Part shown: piece by piece, positions 29,209 to 39,900 of the stretch
How the letters are laid out: every line of letters starts with the position of its first letter
How positions within the stretch are numbered: the stretch's first letter is position 1
Position numbers and translations under genes: made by a program
Notes under the pieces: generated by a model
What the model was told of the DNA's origin: nothing
Database searches by the model: none
The model's input: the letters and a program-made list of their open reading frames with translations, nothing else
DNA from: a virus
Length of the DNA stretch: 64,000 bases
Virus record (IMG/VR): IMGVR_UViG_3300001199_000005
Location: 88,879 to 152,878 of that record
Reading direction: 5' to 3' (one strand)

Positions 29209-30243
29209 ATGAAAGTAATACTGAACGGTGTTGAGTTATCACCAGTAATTAAAAATACAGAAGAAGGTAGAGTAGAAACCTTTGCTAATATTGATACTAC
29301 TAAACTAGCAAATGATTATTCAAAACTTCTAGTTTGGGATAAAGAAGATTATTATTGTATTTGGATGAAAGAAACTCCTATTAAATTATTTATTATATTT
29401 GTAAATAATAAAAATATAGTTACAGATGTGATAGAAGGAGTTCCAAATAATACTCAGTGTTTATACCCATCTGAACCAGTTAATAAAGTATTAGAAATAA
29501 GACCTGAATTAGGTCTAAACGTTAAACCAGGAGATATATTGCAAATGGCAGAAAAGAAACAAGAAGGTGGCATTATAATTAAGCTTACTGCTGGTACTGA
29601 ACCAACAATGAATTATAATATAAGTAGTGAATTACTTGAAGAAGTAAAAAAACTACTTACTAATCCAAAATTAGAAAAACAAGAAACAACTGTTACTATT
29701 CAATCAGAAGAAGGCAAGATTACATCTAGTCCAGAAGGAAAACATCTATCAACAGAATTAGAAGAAAAAAAGATATTTGATTACTTAGGTAGGGCTGAAA
29801 TTCCAGGAGTAACCCATACATTAGACGGGTATTCTCTTGATGAAAACAATTTCCTAGTAGAGAACAAATCAGACTCTGTTAAAGGTAAGCTTATAACACT
29901 TACTGAGAAATTTGAAGAACTAGCAGAAACTCAAGTAGGTAAAAATCTTTGGACTTATGGAATTAAGACTGAAGCTGCTAAAGAAGCAGAAGTTGAGAAG
30001 AAACAAGAAGGCGGTGTTGTGACAGAAACTGCTATGACAATACTTGATGAGAAAGGAAAACCACAGATGGAATTGGAAGGTGGTGAGAGAATATTTTCTA
30101 TTAAGGATACTAAATATTTAATCAAACTTGCTCAAAAAGCGAAAGCATCTAAAGCTGATAGTGACTACATCAAGTTGGCTGAGGCTGCATTATTAATGAT
30201 TAAAAATCAAGACGAAAGAGAACCAGAATTTACAACTATTTAA
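29209..30243 (+). CDS. DUF192-domain protein with KKQEGG repeats and a C-terminal ExExxE domain
   Basis: N-terminal WMKETPIKLFIIF...VLEI...VKPGD is the DUF192 signature; EKKQEGG occurs twice; C-terminal QMELEGGERIFS. Confidence 0.7.
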   Translation: MKVILNGVELSPVIKNTEEGRVETFANIDTTKLANDYSKLLVWDKEDYYCIWMKETPIKLFIIFVNNKNIVTDVIEGVPNNTQCLYPSEPVNKVLEIRPELGLNVKPGDILQMAEKKQEGGIIIKLTAGTEPTMNYNISSELLEEVKKLLTNPKLEKQETTVTIQSEEGKITSSPEGKHLSTELEEKKIFDYLGRAEIPGVTHTLDGYSLDENNFLVENKSDSVKGKLITLTEKFEELAETQVGKNLWTYGIKTEAAKEAEVEKKQEGGVVTETAMTILDEKGKPQMELEGGERIFSIKDTKYLIKLAQKAKASKADSDYIKLAEAALLMIKNQDEREPEFTTI

Positions 30244-30255
30244 TTTTAAACAACA

Positions 30256-30648
30256 ATGAAACAATTATTCAAATCTAAATTTTTACAAGAGGGCGGCCCT
30301 ATTGATACTACAACTGAAACTATGCCTGTTGAAGCTACACCAGCTCCTTCACCAGCTCCGCAAGAAGGTGGCCAAGGCGGCGGAATCGAAGAGGTAGTAA
30401 TGCAAATTGTACAAATGGCACAACAAGACCCACAAGCTGCTGCTCAAGCTTCTTTAGAGTTTGTTATGGTACTTGCACAACAAATGGGTTTAGCTGGACA
30501 ACCAGCTGGAGCTCCAGCTGCCCCTGAAGGACAACCCGTGTTCAAAAAAGGTGGTAAACTAAAAGGCTATATGAAGGGTGGCAAATCTGCAAAAAAAGAA
30601 GATATGCCAGAAATAGATGCCAAAAAAGCAAAAAATTACAAAAAGTAA
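30256..30648 (+). CDS. Low-complexity Q/A/P-rich protein with xxGG motifs (putative cargo/scaffold)
   Basis: Motifs FLQEGG, PQEGG, FKKGG and MKGG; followed by a terminator. Confidence 0.55.
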   Translation: MKQLFKSKFLQEGGPIDTTTETMPVEATPAPSPAPQEGGQGGGIEEVVMQIVQMAQQDPQAAAQASLEFVMVLAQQMGLAGQPAGAPAAPEGQPVFKKGGKLKGYMKGGKSAKKEDMPEIDAKKAKNYKK

Positions 30649-30652
30649 TAAT

Positions 30653-30692
30653 TAAAGGGGGCAACCCTTTTAGCCCCTTTTATCTACTTTTT
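30653..30692 (+). terminator. Intrinsic terminator (two alternative stems)
   Basis: TAAAGGGG-GCAA-CCCTTTTA, or GGGGC pairing with the downstream GCCCC; both are followed by T runs. Confidence 0.65.
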
Positions 30693-30713
30693 AAACTTTA
30701 ACAAGAACTAAAA

Positions 30714-31820
30714 ATGACTAAAGAAACTTGGTTAAAAAATATTAAAAGCGTACCAAAGCATAATAGAGGTGCAGTCCTACTAGATATAGGACAGGCCACT
30801 TTACCTGCTATTGCTGGTTATGCAACAAAGAGGTTAACAGATAAGAATGTTGTTCCTGCAGCAAGATTACAAGCTACACAATATTATAATCCTACTGTAA
30901 CCAATTATGGTGCAGACTTACTAAGAGCGGATAACAGATTAATGGGACAGCTAAGATTAGCCACTCCTAAAACTGCTAACGCTGCTATTAATACTGCTCA
31001 AGCTTTAGCCATTCAAGATAAAGTAAATGAGCAGCATTCAACTACTGGAGCGCAGTTAGCTGCAAACTACGCACAAAATTTAGCACAGCAAACTAATATT
31101 ATGAATCAACAAGCCAGAGAAAGAACAGGTATTGCTAATCAAAATATTATTAATGCTGTAGAAGCTGAGAAACAAGAAACATTAGCTAGACAACAGGCTG
31201 ATGCTGCTGCAATTAGTGGTTATTTACAAACAGCTTCTAATCTTATGACAACTACTGGTAAATACAGAGACCAGTACGAACAAGCAGCGTTAGACGAAAA
31301 TAATAGAGCTGTTCTTAATAATATTGAACTTAAAACTGCTGAATTAAATAACCTATTTAACTCTCAATTAAGTGCAACACCAGAACAAAATAAAGTAATA
31401 GAAGAACAAATAAGGATAAAAAGAGGAGAAATATTAGCAGAGAAAGCGAAACTTAAACACTATGACCCAAGAGTACGATTTAAGTCTGGGCAGGCAAATG
31501 AAACAGGTAGTGAAGAACAGCCTAACACAGGACAACAAATTAATATAGGTTTAACAGACCTCACCACGCGGCCCTGGGCTACAGGTCGAACAGCATTTAA
31601 TCAACGCCCTGTTTATAACTTAAATACTATTTTTAATAATGCAGATAGTGTAGATAATAATAATCAGCAAACAATTTATGATATGAACGCCTTACGCGAT
31701 TATTTAACTAATTTATTGCAACCAAAATATAAAACAGGCGGTTCAATAGCAGCAAAAAATAAAGCATCTATTGCAGACTATAAAGCAAAATTGAAATGGA
31801 TGAGTATAAAGCTATGCTAA
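30714..31820 (+). CDS. Putative cargo/ejection protein (A/Q/N-rich coiled coil); 3' end uncertain
   Basis: 368 aa, helical, with YKTGG near the C-terminus; a possible -1 frame extension runs to 31885. Confidence 0.6.
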   Translation: MTKETWLKNIKSVPKHNRGAVLLDIGQATLPAIAGYATKRLTDKNVVPAARLQATQYYNPTVTNYGADLLRADNRLMGQLRLATPKTANAAINTAQALAIQDKVNEQHSTTGAQLAANYAQNLAQQTNIMNQQARERTGIANQNIINAVEAEKQETLARQQADAAAISGYLQTASNLMTTTGKYRDQYEQAALDENNRAVLNNIELKTAELNNLFNSQLSATPEQNKVIEEQIRIKRGEILAEKAKLKHYDPRVRFKSGQANETGSEEQPNTGQQINIGLTDLTTRPWATGRTAFNQRPVYNLNTIFNNADSVDNNNQQTIYDMNALRDYLTNLLQPKYKTGGSIAAKNKASIADYKAKLKWMSIKLC

Positions 31821-31850
31821 AAACACAGCAAGAAACAGCTAAACGAATAA

Positions 31851-33875
31851 ATGACTATGCTTTTTCCAGCACTAAAAAAAGGTAAAATAAGATTAGGTCA
31901 ATCTGGCTTTAGATTTTATACTCCAGTCACAGCTCCTGCACAATTACCAAAAGAACCACTTCTCTTACCAGAAGAAAAAGAAGAAAAGAAAGGTAGTAAG
32001 AAGGATGATGATGGTATAAAACCTTCTGACTTTCAAAATCCGTTTAAGGATGTAAAAGGCTTCTCTATTGATGTCCAAAAATTACAAGATAGGTATTTCA
32101 AGCTATACAAAGAGTTATCTCTTATGCCAGCAGACCAGCTTGCAGCAGTTAAACCTTATTATGTTACTGAAATGAACAATATACTATCTGAAGCTATTGT
32201 GTTAGGAAATTATCAGCAGGAAGGAGATAAGGCTATGGAGTTCCTTAAAAATACTTCTGGAGGCTCTGAATTAGCAAATGATGCTAGTGGTAATGTCTAT
32301 GTTAAAGAGGTAGAAAGAGATACAGAAGGTAAAATTACAAAAGAACTAGGCGTTAGATTAATATCTAAAAAGGAACTATTGACCACAGAGGGCAAATTAA
32401 AATATGTTGGTTTAACGGCTAATCAGCTTTATCCGATAAGAGATAGGGAGATTCATTTAGGAAATGAGTTATTTGATGGTATGTATAATACTGTTGGTGA
32501 GAAAGAATATACAGAAGTAATAAAGAGTATGGGCGAAAGGAATAAGGCAAATGTAACTAAAAGATTCTTCCTACCCTATATAGATAACAATTTAATAGGC
32601 GGTACTTATGCTTTGGGATTACCCCGCGATGAGCAAGTAACGTCAAATTTAAATAAATTTATAGAAAGTTCGAAGACTTTAATGACTCATTTACCAGTAC
32701 CAGTAGTGCATTATTTAAGAACTAAAGCTACTGAAATATTATCTAGTGGCCAATTAACTGATTTCCTTAGTGATAAAGAATTACAAAGATATGGAGTTGC
32801 AGAAGTTTCAGACGAAACTGATAAGAATATACTAAAAAACTCCTTACTATTCAAAAAAGGAAATTCTACATTTTTTATAAAGAATGACTCCTTAGACAGT
32901 CTTATTGATTATACAGCTTATAAAATAGCAAGACAAGACTATATGAATATGGCTGAACACAGCACATCAGAAAGTATAATGAACTATAATGATTTTAAAG
33001 GATATTTTGGAAATAAAGATGAGATTACTGCTTTAAATAAAACGGATTCGTTTATAGCTGGTCTTCAACCTGGAGGTATATATAGAGAGAGTGATGGTGA
33101 ATTAGTAGATGTTACTGGAGTTGATATGGAAAAAACATCCTTGAAAATACCTGGAGTTACAGGAACAGAGGATAAAAGTGCAGTAAAATATACTCCAACA
33201 ATAGAGGAGCAATATAAACCATATATGAAAACACCATTCACCCCTATTAATAAACCAATTATAATCAACGGTGTAGAGTTCAAATCTGACGCCAGTAAGA
33301 CAGGTGATTTTTTTACACAGTTAGGTGCTATACATTATCAAACAAATCCTGTCTTTTATGAAGTAGGCGTACCTGATGGGTACGAATTAGACAAGGACGG
33401 TAATAAGGTAGTGAAGATGAAACGTGAAGTTTACCAAGAAGGTTATATGCTTGTCGGCGAAGAGAATGCAAGCTTACTATCTGCCTCTGGCTTCTTTGAT
33501 AAGAATGGTAAAAAAATAGATACTGTCAGTAAAGATAATGTTGTGGATAGAGATGATTGGTGGTCTTTTAGTAACAATTTTTCAAACTTAAGTATGCTTA
33601 CCACTAGCCAGACAGAAGCCGTTGAAAGAGAAAAAATGGTACAAGCAATTAATAAGGCGTGGGGTGATGCTGTTTATCTAGTAAAATACTATTATAAAAT
33701 AGACCCAACAACTGTTGCAGACATAAACAAATCTAGCGTAACAGCCACTCAAAATATTATGGAAGCTGATTATAAAAATCAAAAAGAAACAGTTGAGAAA
33801 AGTAAACAAGCTGAGGATAAGTTAGGTAGTATTGGTAATTCTTCGAGAAAAGGTGCGGATAAAGAACAAGAATAA
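31851..33875 (+). CDS. Putative cargo/ejection protein
   Basis: 674 aa, no cysteines, located between the cargo cluster and the giant genes. Confidence 0.55.
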   Translation: MTMLFPALKKGKIRLGQSGFRFYTPVTAPAQLPKEPLLLPEEKEEKKGSKKDDDGIKPSDFQNPFKDVKGFSIDVQKLQDRYFKLYKELSLMPADQLAAVKPYYVTEMNNILSEAIVLGNYQQEGDKAMEFLKNTSGGSELANDASGNVYVKEVERDTEGKITKELGVRLISKKELLTTEGKLKYVGLTANQLYPIRDREIHLGNELFDGMYNTVGEKEYTEVIKSMGERNKANVTKRFFLPYIDNNLIGGTYALGLPRDEQVTSNLNKFIESSKTLMTHLPVPVVHYLRTKATEILSSGQLTDFLSDKELQRYGVAEVSDETDKNILKNSLLFKKGNSTFFIKNDSLDSLIDYTAYKIARQDYMNMAEHSTSESIMNYNDFKGYFGNKDEITALNKTDSFIAGLQPGGIYRESDGELVDVTGVDMEKTSLKIPGVTGTEDKSAVKYTPTIEEQYKPYMKTPFTPINKPIIINGVEFKSDASKTGDFFTQLGAIHYQTNPVFYEVGVPDGYELDKDGNKVVKMKREVYQEGYMLVGEENASLLSASGFFDKNGKKIDTVSKDNVVDRDDWWSFSNNFSNLSMLTTSQTEAVEREKMVQAINKAWGDAVYLVKYYYKIDPTTVADINKSSVTATQNIMEADYKNQKETVEKSKQAEDKLGSIGNSSRKGADKEQE

Positions 33876-33913
33876 GTATTGCATGTATATTAAAAATTAA
33901 AAAAGTGTAAACA

Positions 33914-36900
33914 ATGAATGAAGATTTAGATTTCGGGTTACTATATACGAATATGGCTCAAGCAGGACTTGAGCCATCTCCGCTTAATGTGGTTGGTATG
34001 CTTAATTTCCAAAAAGAGAAAGATAAGAATAATGCTTTAAAAATTGTCTTTGATGAGGAAAGTAAAGAGAATGTTAGAAAAAAACATGGGGAAGAGTACC
34101 TAAAGACTGTTCAAGAAAGCTATAATAATTATATAGCTAATGCCGACGCTTTGAAACATAAACAAGTATTTGCAACTTATGGCTATTTGGATAATAGAAT
34201 ATCTAAACACTTTAGACCTGAAAGTAATATACCATACAAGACAAATGATGTGCCTATTTATATGTCTTGGAACGGCACTACTAATCCTATTTATATTGAG
34301 CACCCAGAAAAGATTGCTTCATTGCATAATACTCAGTATATAAAAGGCAATTCTCTTGTCGATTTTGGTACTAGGACAATAAATGATGTAGCTAGCACTG
34401 CGCTAAATCACAATGAAGGTCTAGCTGCTTTAGCTACTTATGAAGATAGGTCATTGATAGATGATGAAATTGGTAACACATTAAAAAAGGCAATTAAACA
34501 AAAAGAAGTAGATAAGAATACAATCTATACTGATAAAGATGATAAGTTTATTTGGAAAATATACCCTGTAGGCAGCACAGAAGCAATTAAAGGACAAATA
34601 AGAGGTATTTGGGGTGATAGGACAATACAACAAGATAATGTTCTATCTGAAATGGGGCAATCTTTATGGGATTTGGCATTAAATTTTGCTGATGCGGGGA
34701 TGTTAACCGCCAAGGCGCTTCACACAGTAACTAAATTTCCAGACATTTTAACAGGCGGCTATTCTGATTTTATTGCGTCTATGACACAAACTAAACCAAA
34801 AAACATCATAGATGGTACATTTAATGCATATTTTAATTACAGTCAAGCACTAAAGTCGGCGTCTTCAAAAGAAGATGAAGGTGATTGGGCTACCCCTACC
34901 AACATCACTAAAATGGTTGTAGATGGTACTGGTCAAATAGCTGCTACAATACTTACAGGAGGTCTTGCAGGCGGTGGAACAAAATTTGTACAAGGTACAA
35001 GATGGTTTGGAACAAAAGCTTTACCTAAGTTCGGTACTGATACTTTAGGAAAACAAGCATCTAAGCATTTTAGTACTGAATTCGCTGGTAAAACATTAGC
35101 AGAACTAAATGCAAGAAGGGCAGGTTATGGTCTTAACATGGCGTTAGCGTCAAGCACAGGATATAAAGAAGCAAGAAGTCAGGGAATGAACGAAGCAAGT
35201 TCACTAGGGCTAGCAGCATTATATGGTGCTGCTCTGTTTGCAACTGAGAGATTTACTGGTAGCCAATGGATACAAAAAATAGGTAATAAAAACTTCAGAG
35301 AACAGACTGCAAAATATGTTATAAATGCAGTAAAGAATGAGGCAGATGTTCTAGGCATATCACTTAAACAAGCTGAAGCTAGATTTGCTAATAATACGAA
35401 TGGTAAGTTTATGGGGCTAGTTACTGGTTTAGCTTCTACTATTTATAAAACTAGTAAATGGATGGGAAGAAGACCAGAATCTTGGATGGTAGCTATCACC
35501 AAACCAGGAGTTGCCGAGTCAATTCAAGATGGTTCTGAAGGAGCCCTAAACTACTGGTCGAAACATTTAATTAATCAGGTACAGGACGATGCTAAATTTC
35601 ATTTAGGAGATATAACAGATTCAGTATTTCCTGGTATGGTTGGCGGTGGTTTAGTTGGTAATATTGCTGGTGGATTTAGATATGGATATTCTAGAAGAGA
35701 TATTAAAGAATCTTTAGAGAAACTTCCAGACGATATTAGAAAAAAAGAACTTATTAATCTTATTGTTTTTGATAATACAGAACATGAAAGATTTAATACA
35801 ATGATTGATGTAGTTCGTGAGTTGGGTCAAGAAGGTGCATTTGGATACGAGCATTTTGATTCTACATTAAGCTCTTCTGCGTCCAAAGAAACAGAAAGTC
35901 ATAATAAGTTCGTAGAAGAAATGCTTATTCAGGAAATATATCATATAAAGGGTATTTACGAAATATCAAAATCTAAGTTTCCACAATTTTCTAAGCAAGA
36001 ATTAGTAAAGACTGTTAGTAATATGCTGGGGAAAGAAACCAGCAGTAAAATTGCTAACTTAATAGGCTCTGACGGTTTGAGTACATCTATTGAAGCTAAT
36101 GCAAACTATTTATTTGGTGAAGCTATGATGGCAGCTGTAAAAAAAGATAGCTTAGTAAAAGAAATGGTTACCGAAAATCTATTAAAAGCTGCGCCATCTA
36201 TGATGATAGATGTTGACGATATAGTGGCTTTTAATGGTAAATTTTATGGTGTAAAAAAGAATGACGTAGTAGTAAATCTAAAAGATGAAGAAAGACTTAG
36301 GTTGGAACAAGCTTTTAACAATTCATATCAAAACTATCAGAAACTTGTTGATTCTAATAGCCATGCTATCACAGCTTATACAGATAAATTAGTTTTAAGG
36401 AATGAGGTCAAGAAGAAACTTGATTTATTACAAGGAGATAGTAAATTAAGAAAAGAATTAATAGCTGAATTAAATAATATAAATAAAGATATAGACACTA
36501 ACAGAGATGAACTAATACAAATATTTGGCTCTGAGTCAATTCTAAATAAAGCTATTGATTACAATACTGCTACAAAACTAGAATCTGAGTTAAAAGATGT
36601 TGAAAACGGTAGAGTTAGATTCTATGATAATTTAACCAAATTATTGCTATTTAAAAATGACAATAAAGACTTAAATATTCCTACTAATCCATTTGTAGTA
36701 TCTTCATACAGAAGAGATAAACAATTAGAACTGGAAGTACATAACAAATTGATAGAGGAACTTAACCAAAAAAACTTAGATTTGACTAAAGAAAAGAAAT
36801 TAGAATTTGAAAAGCTGCTAAAGGGTGACCTTAATTTATCTACAATAAAACAATTCTTTGATACATTTTCATTGTTGAAATTAAATCAATCAATTAATAA

Positions 36901-39900
36901 AGAACTAGAGGCTGAGTTTACCTCTTTATTTGAAGCTCTTAAAATGAAATTAGAAGCTTCTAAGCAAATTATACCAGATGCTGATTATAATAATAAGTCT
37001 ATACTAGAGAGTGCTTTAAAATTAACTGAAACTTTTAACACCGAACGAAAAAAATTAAATAAAAACCGTAAAAAGAGTACAAAAGAATTTCAATATGAAA
37101 GGATGTTACTATTAGATTCTGTTTATATACAGCTTGAGGAATTATTAAAGAAACAAATTCTGCAAAATTCTGATTTTTCTACATTAACTCTACTATTTGA
37201 TGATGATACAAGTAGAATGGTGGACTTATTGAATAAGTTTCAAACTTATAGGAACAACAAAAACTTAGACGGTATCAATAAGGATGAATTCGAAGCATTA
37301 AAAGAATTTTATAATAGCCTAGAATATAAACTATCTGATTTCTTTACACAATTAACTGTTGATTATGGCAATGGTCCAGAGCTTGATATAATATTCATTA
37401 AATATTTAATAGATAAATTACCAGTTTCTACTTATAATAGAAGTATTGATAAAACTATTGCTAATCTTAATCAAAAAGATGATAAAGGTAACTTATTACC
37501 AAGCTTTGTACTATATAGTGAGTATGAACAACAAAAGCCTAATGTAAGTTTAGGTTTAGCTCTGTATAATATTAATGAGGATGGATTATACACAACTTCG
37601 TTATTTAATGAAGTTACTAAATTAATTGATTCCACCTTTAATGAAATAATAAATGCTGATGGGACTACGACACTAGTACCTAAAGAAAATGTAGATAAAT
37701 TAGACGAAGCTGATATTCTTTTACATAAAATAAATACAAAGCTAGCAATGGCACACGCTTTGGCAATTGATAGTAGATACCAAAAAGATATTGTAGCTAA
37801 TGATAGTCAATACACCCCTTTCAGCCCTAGTAAAGAAACAGATATATCTGGAGTAATAATCAATCTAACAAAATTAAAACTGTACTTGGAAGGTAAAATG
37901 ACAGCAATGGCTGGAGAAAGAACTAAAAGAGAAACTCACGATATACGTGTAGGAGCCAGGTTTATACAAAGTAGAACCAAATTTATACTAGAACTACAGG
38001 AAATACTTGGTGAGAATAAAGAAAGAGATATATTGATTGAAGAATTAATAAGTAGTGATAAATTAAACGTAGCAGATTTAATAGCAGACCCTCGCTATGA
38101 TAAAGGCGGTCCAACATTCTCGGATAGAATTTACAAAGCGTTAGCCATTGTCTTAAAGCTAGAAACATTATTAGCCGATGAATTAAAAACTAAAACTAGT
38201 AATTCAGCAGATTTTGATACTTTCTTTGGTAGCGATAATTTCAAGGGTTATTTCTCTTTCAACTTAAATAAAAATATTGGTCTAACCGCGGGAGTGGATG
38301 ATTCCTATTTATATATGCAGGATTCTGTAACTTCAAAAGGCCTAGCAGGGCCAACAGACCCTAGAACTAATGAAGAAAGATTTAACTTTTATTTACACCT
38401 ATTAAGAGGTGGTAATAGAAATTTACCAAATCATTTCTTAGATATAGTAAATAAAATAAATAAAACAAATGCAAAAAGTCTTAATGATTTGAACAGTCCT
38501 ATTACTAGTATAGAACAATTCTTAGTGGTAAGACAAGGTATGAGCTTTTTGACAATGGATGCTACAGAGCTTCGTAATACAGAAGCTTTAAAAACTAAAT
38601 TTTACACTAATACAGATATAACTTCAAACTTTAAGGTAGGCGCACACCAAACATTAAATAACTTAGAAGAATTTGCTCCAGCTGGTCACTTAGGTATTGT
38701 GCCGCAATCATTATACATACCTGGTATGCCAAGTGCTGGTAAGACTACTTTCATAGTTACATACTTGACAACCTTCTTTACGGAGTACTATAAAGGAAAA
38801 AAAATAGCAATATTTACTCAAGGCGAGAATGAGGATATACTTAGTACTCTGCACGAAACGTTGCAAAATAATGGGTTAGATTTTACGTTTATTAAATCTA
38901 CGGATAATATATCATTAGATAGTTTTGATAATATTTTAATATTAACTGATGAATTTACATTAGTTAATGAAGTTGCTGATTATATATTCAAAGTTAGTGA
39001 AGATAACCGCGATGATGCTTCTTTTGTTAATTCTTTACAAAAAAATGTAGATAAGGTAAGAAGAGTATTTATAGGCGACCATTTACAAAAAACTAATGTA
39101 GACTCAGTTTCAAACACTGATAACTTGAACGTACAACTATTAAATACTTATCCTTTTTTAAACTTTATACAAGAAAGAACTGCTCCGCTTAATATGGCTT
39201 ATAGGTCTGGAGATATTAGTCACTATAATTTTGTAAATCAAATCAGAACAACCACTGTTGAAGCACAAAAAGCTCAAATCGTCAGTAAACAGATGAAATC
39301 TATAGCTAAAAACTTAATAGATGGTCTTTTAGTGAATACACAGTATGTAGAAAAAGATGGTCTAATAGAAGAAGGCGTTAAATTCACAAATAAAGCTGAT
39401 ATAATTAAATTAGCAGAAATCAGAGCTAGAAATCTTAAACCTGATGAAACAATGGTGGTAGTATCGGATTACGATAAAGATATACCAACTAGTTTACAAA
39501 GCTATGTAAAGAGTTCAGAGCAAGTTCAAGGTAAATCTTTTACTCATGTTTTTTCACTTATCTCTATTTCGGATAGCTTAGTGCAGATGAGTGCAGGCGA
39601 TTTTTACCCAGTTTTAGAACTATTAGCTACTAAGGATATAATTCACGAATCAAGTATTGTTGGAACACTTATTGAATTTATGAAAACTTATATGATGGTT
39701 TCTGGAAGAAAAACAAAATCATTGGTAATGTTAGGAATTAATGATAACTTTGTAAGTAACGCTGTCCCAGCAATCGCTAATTTCACTCAAATTAAAACTA
39801 AAGAAGGTGTATTGAATGATAAGCAAAAGAAACACAATAGCAAAATGCAAAGTGTGCTCAATAATCTTAATGACTCAACAGTACCTGAACTAGAAAATAT

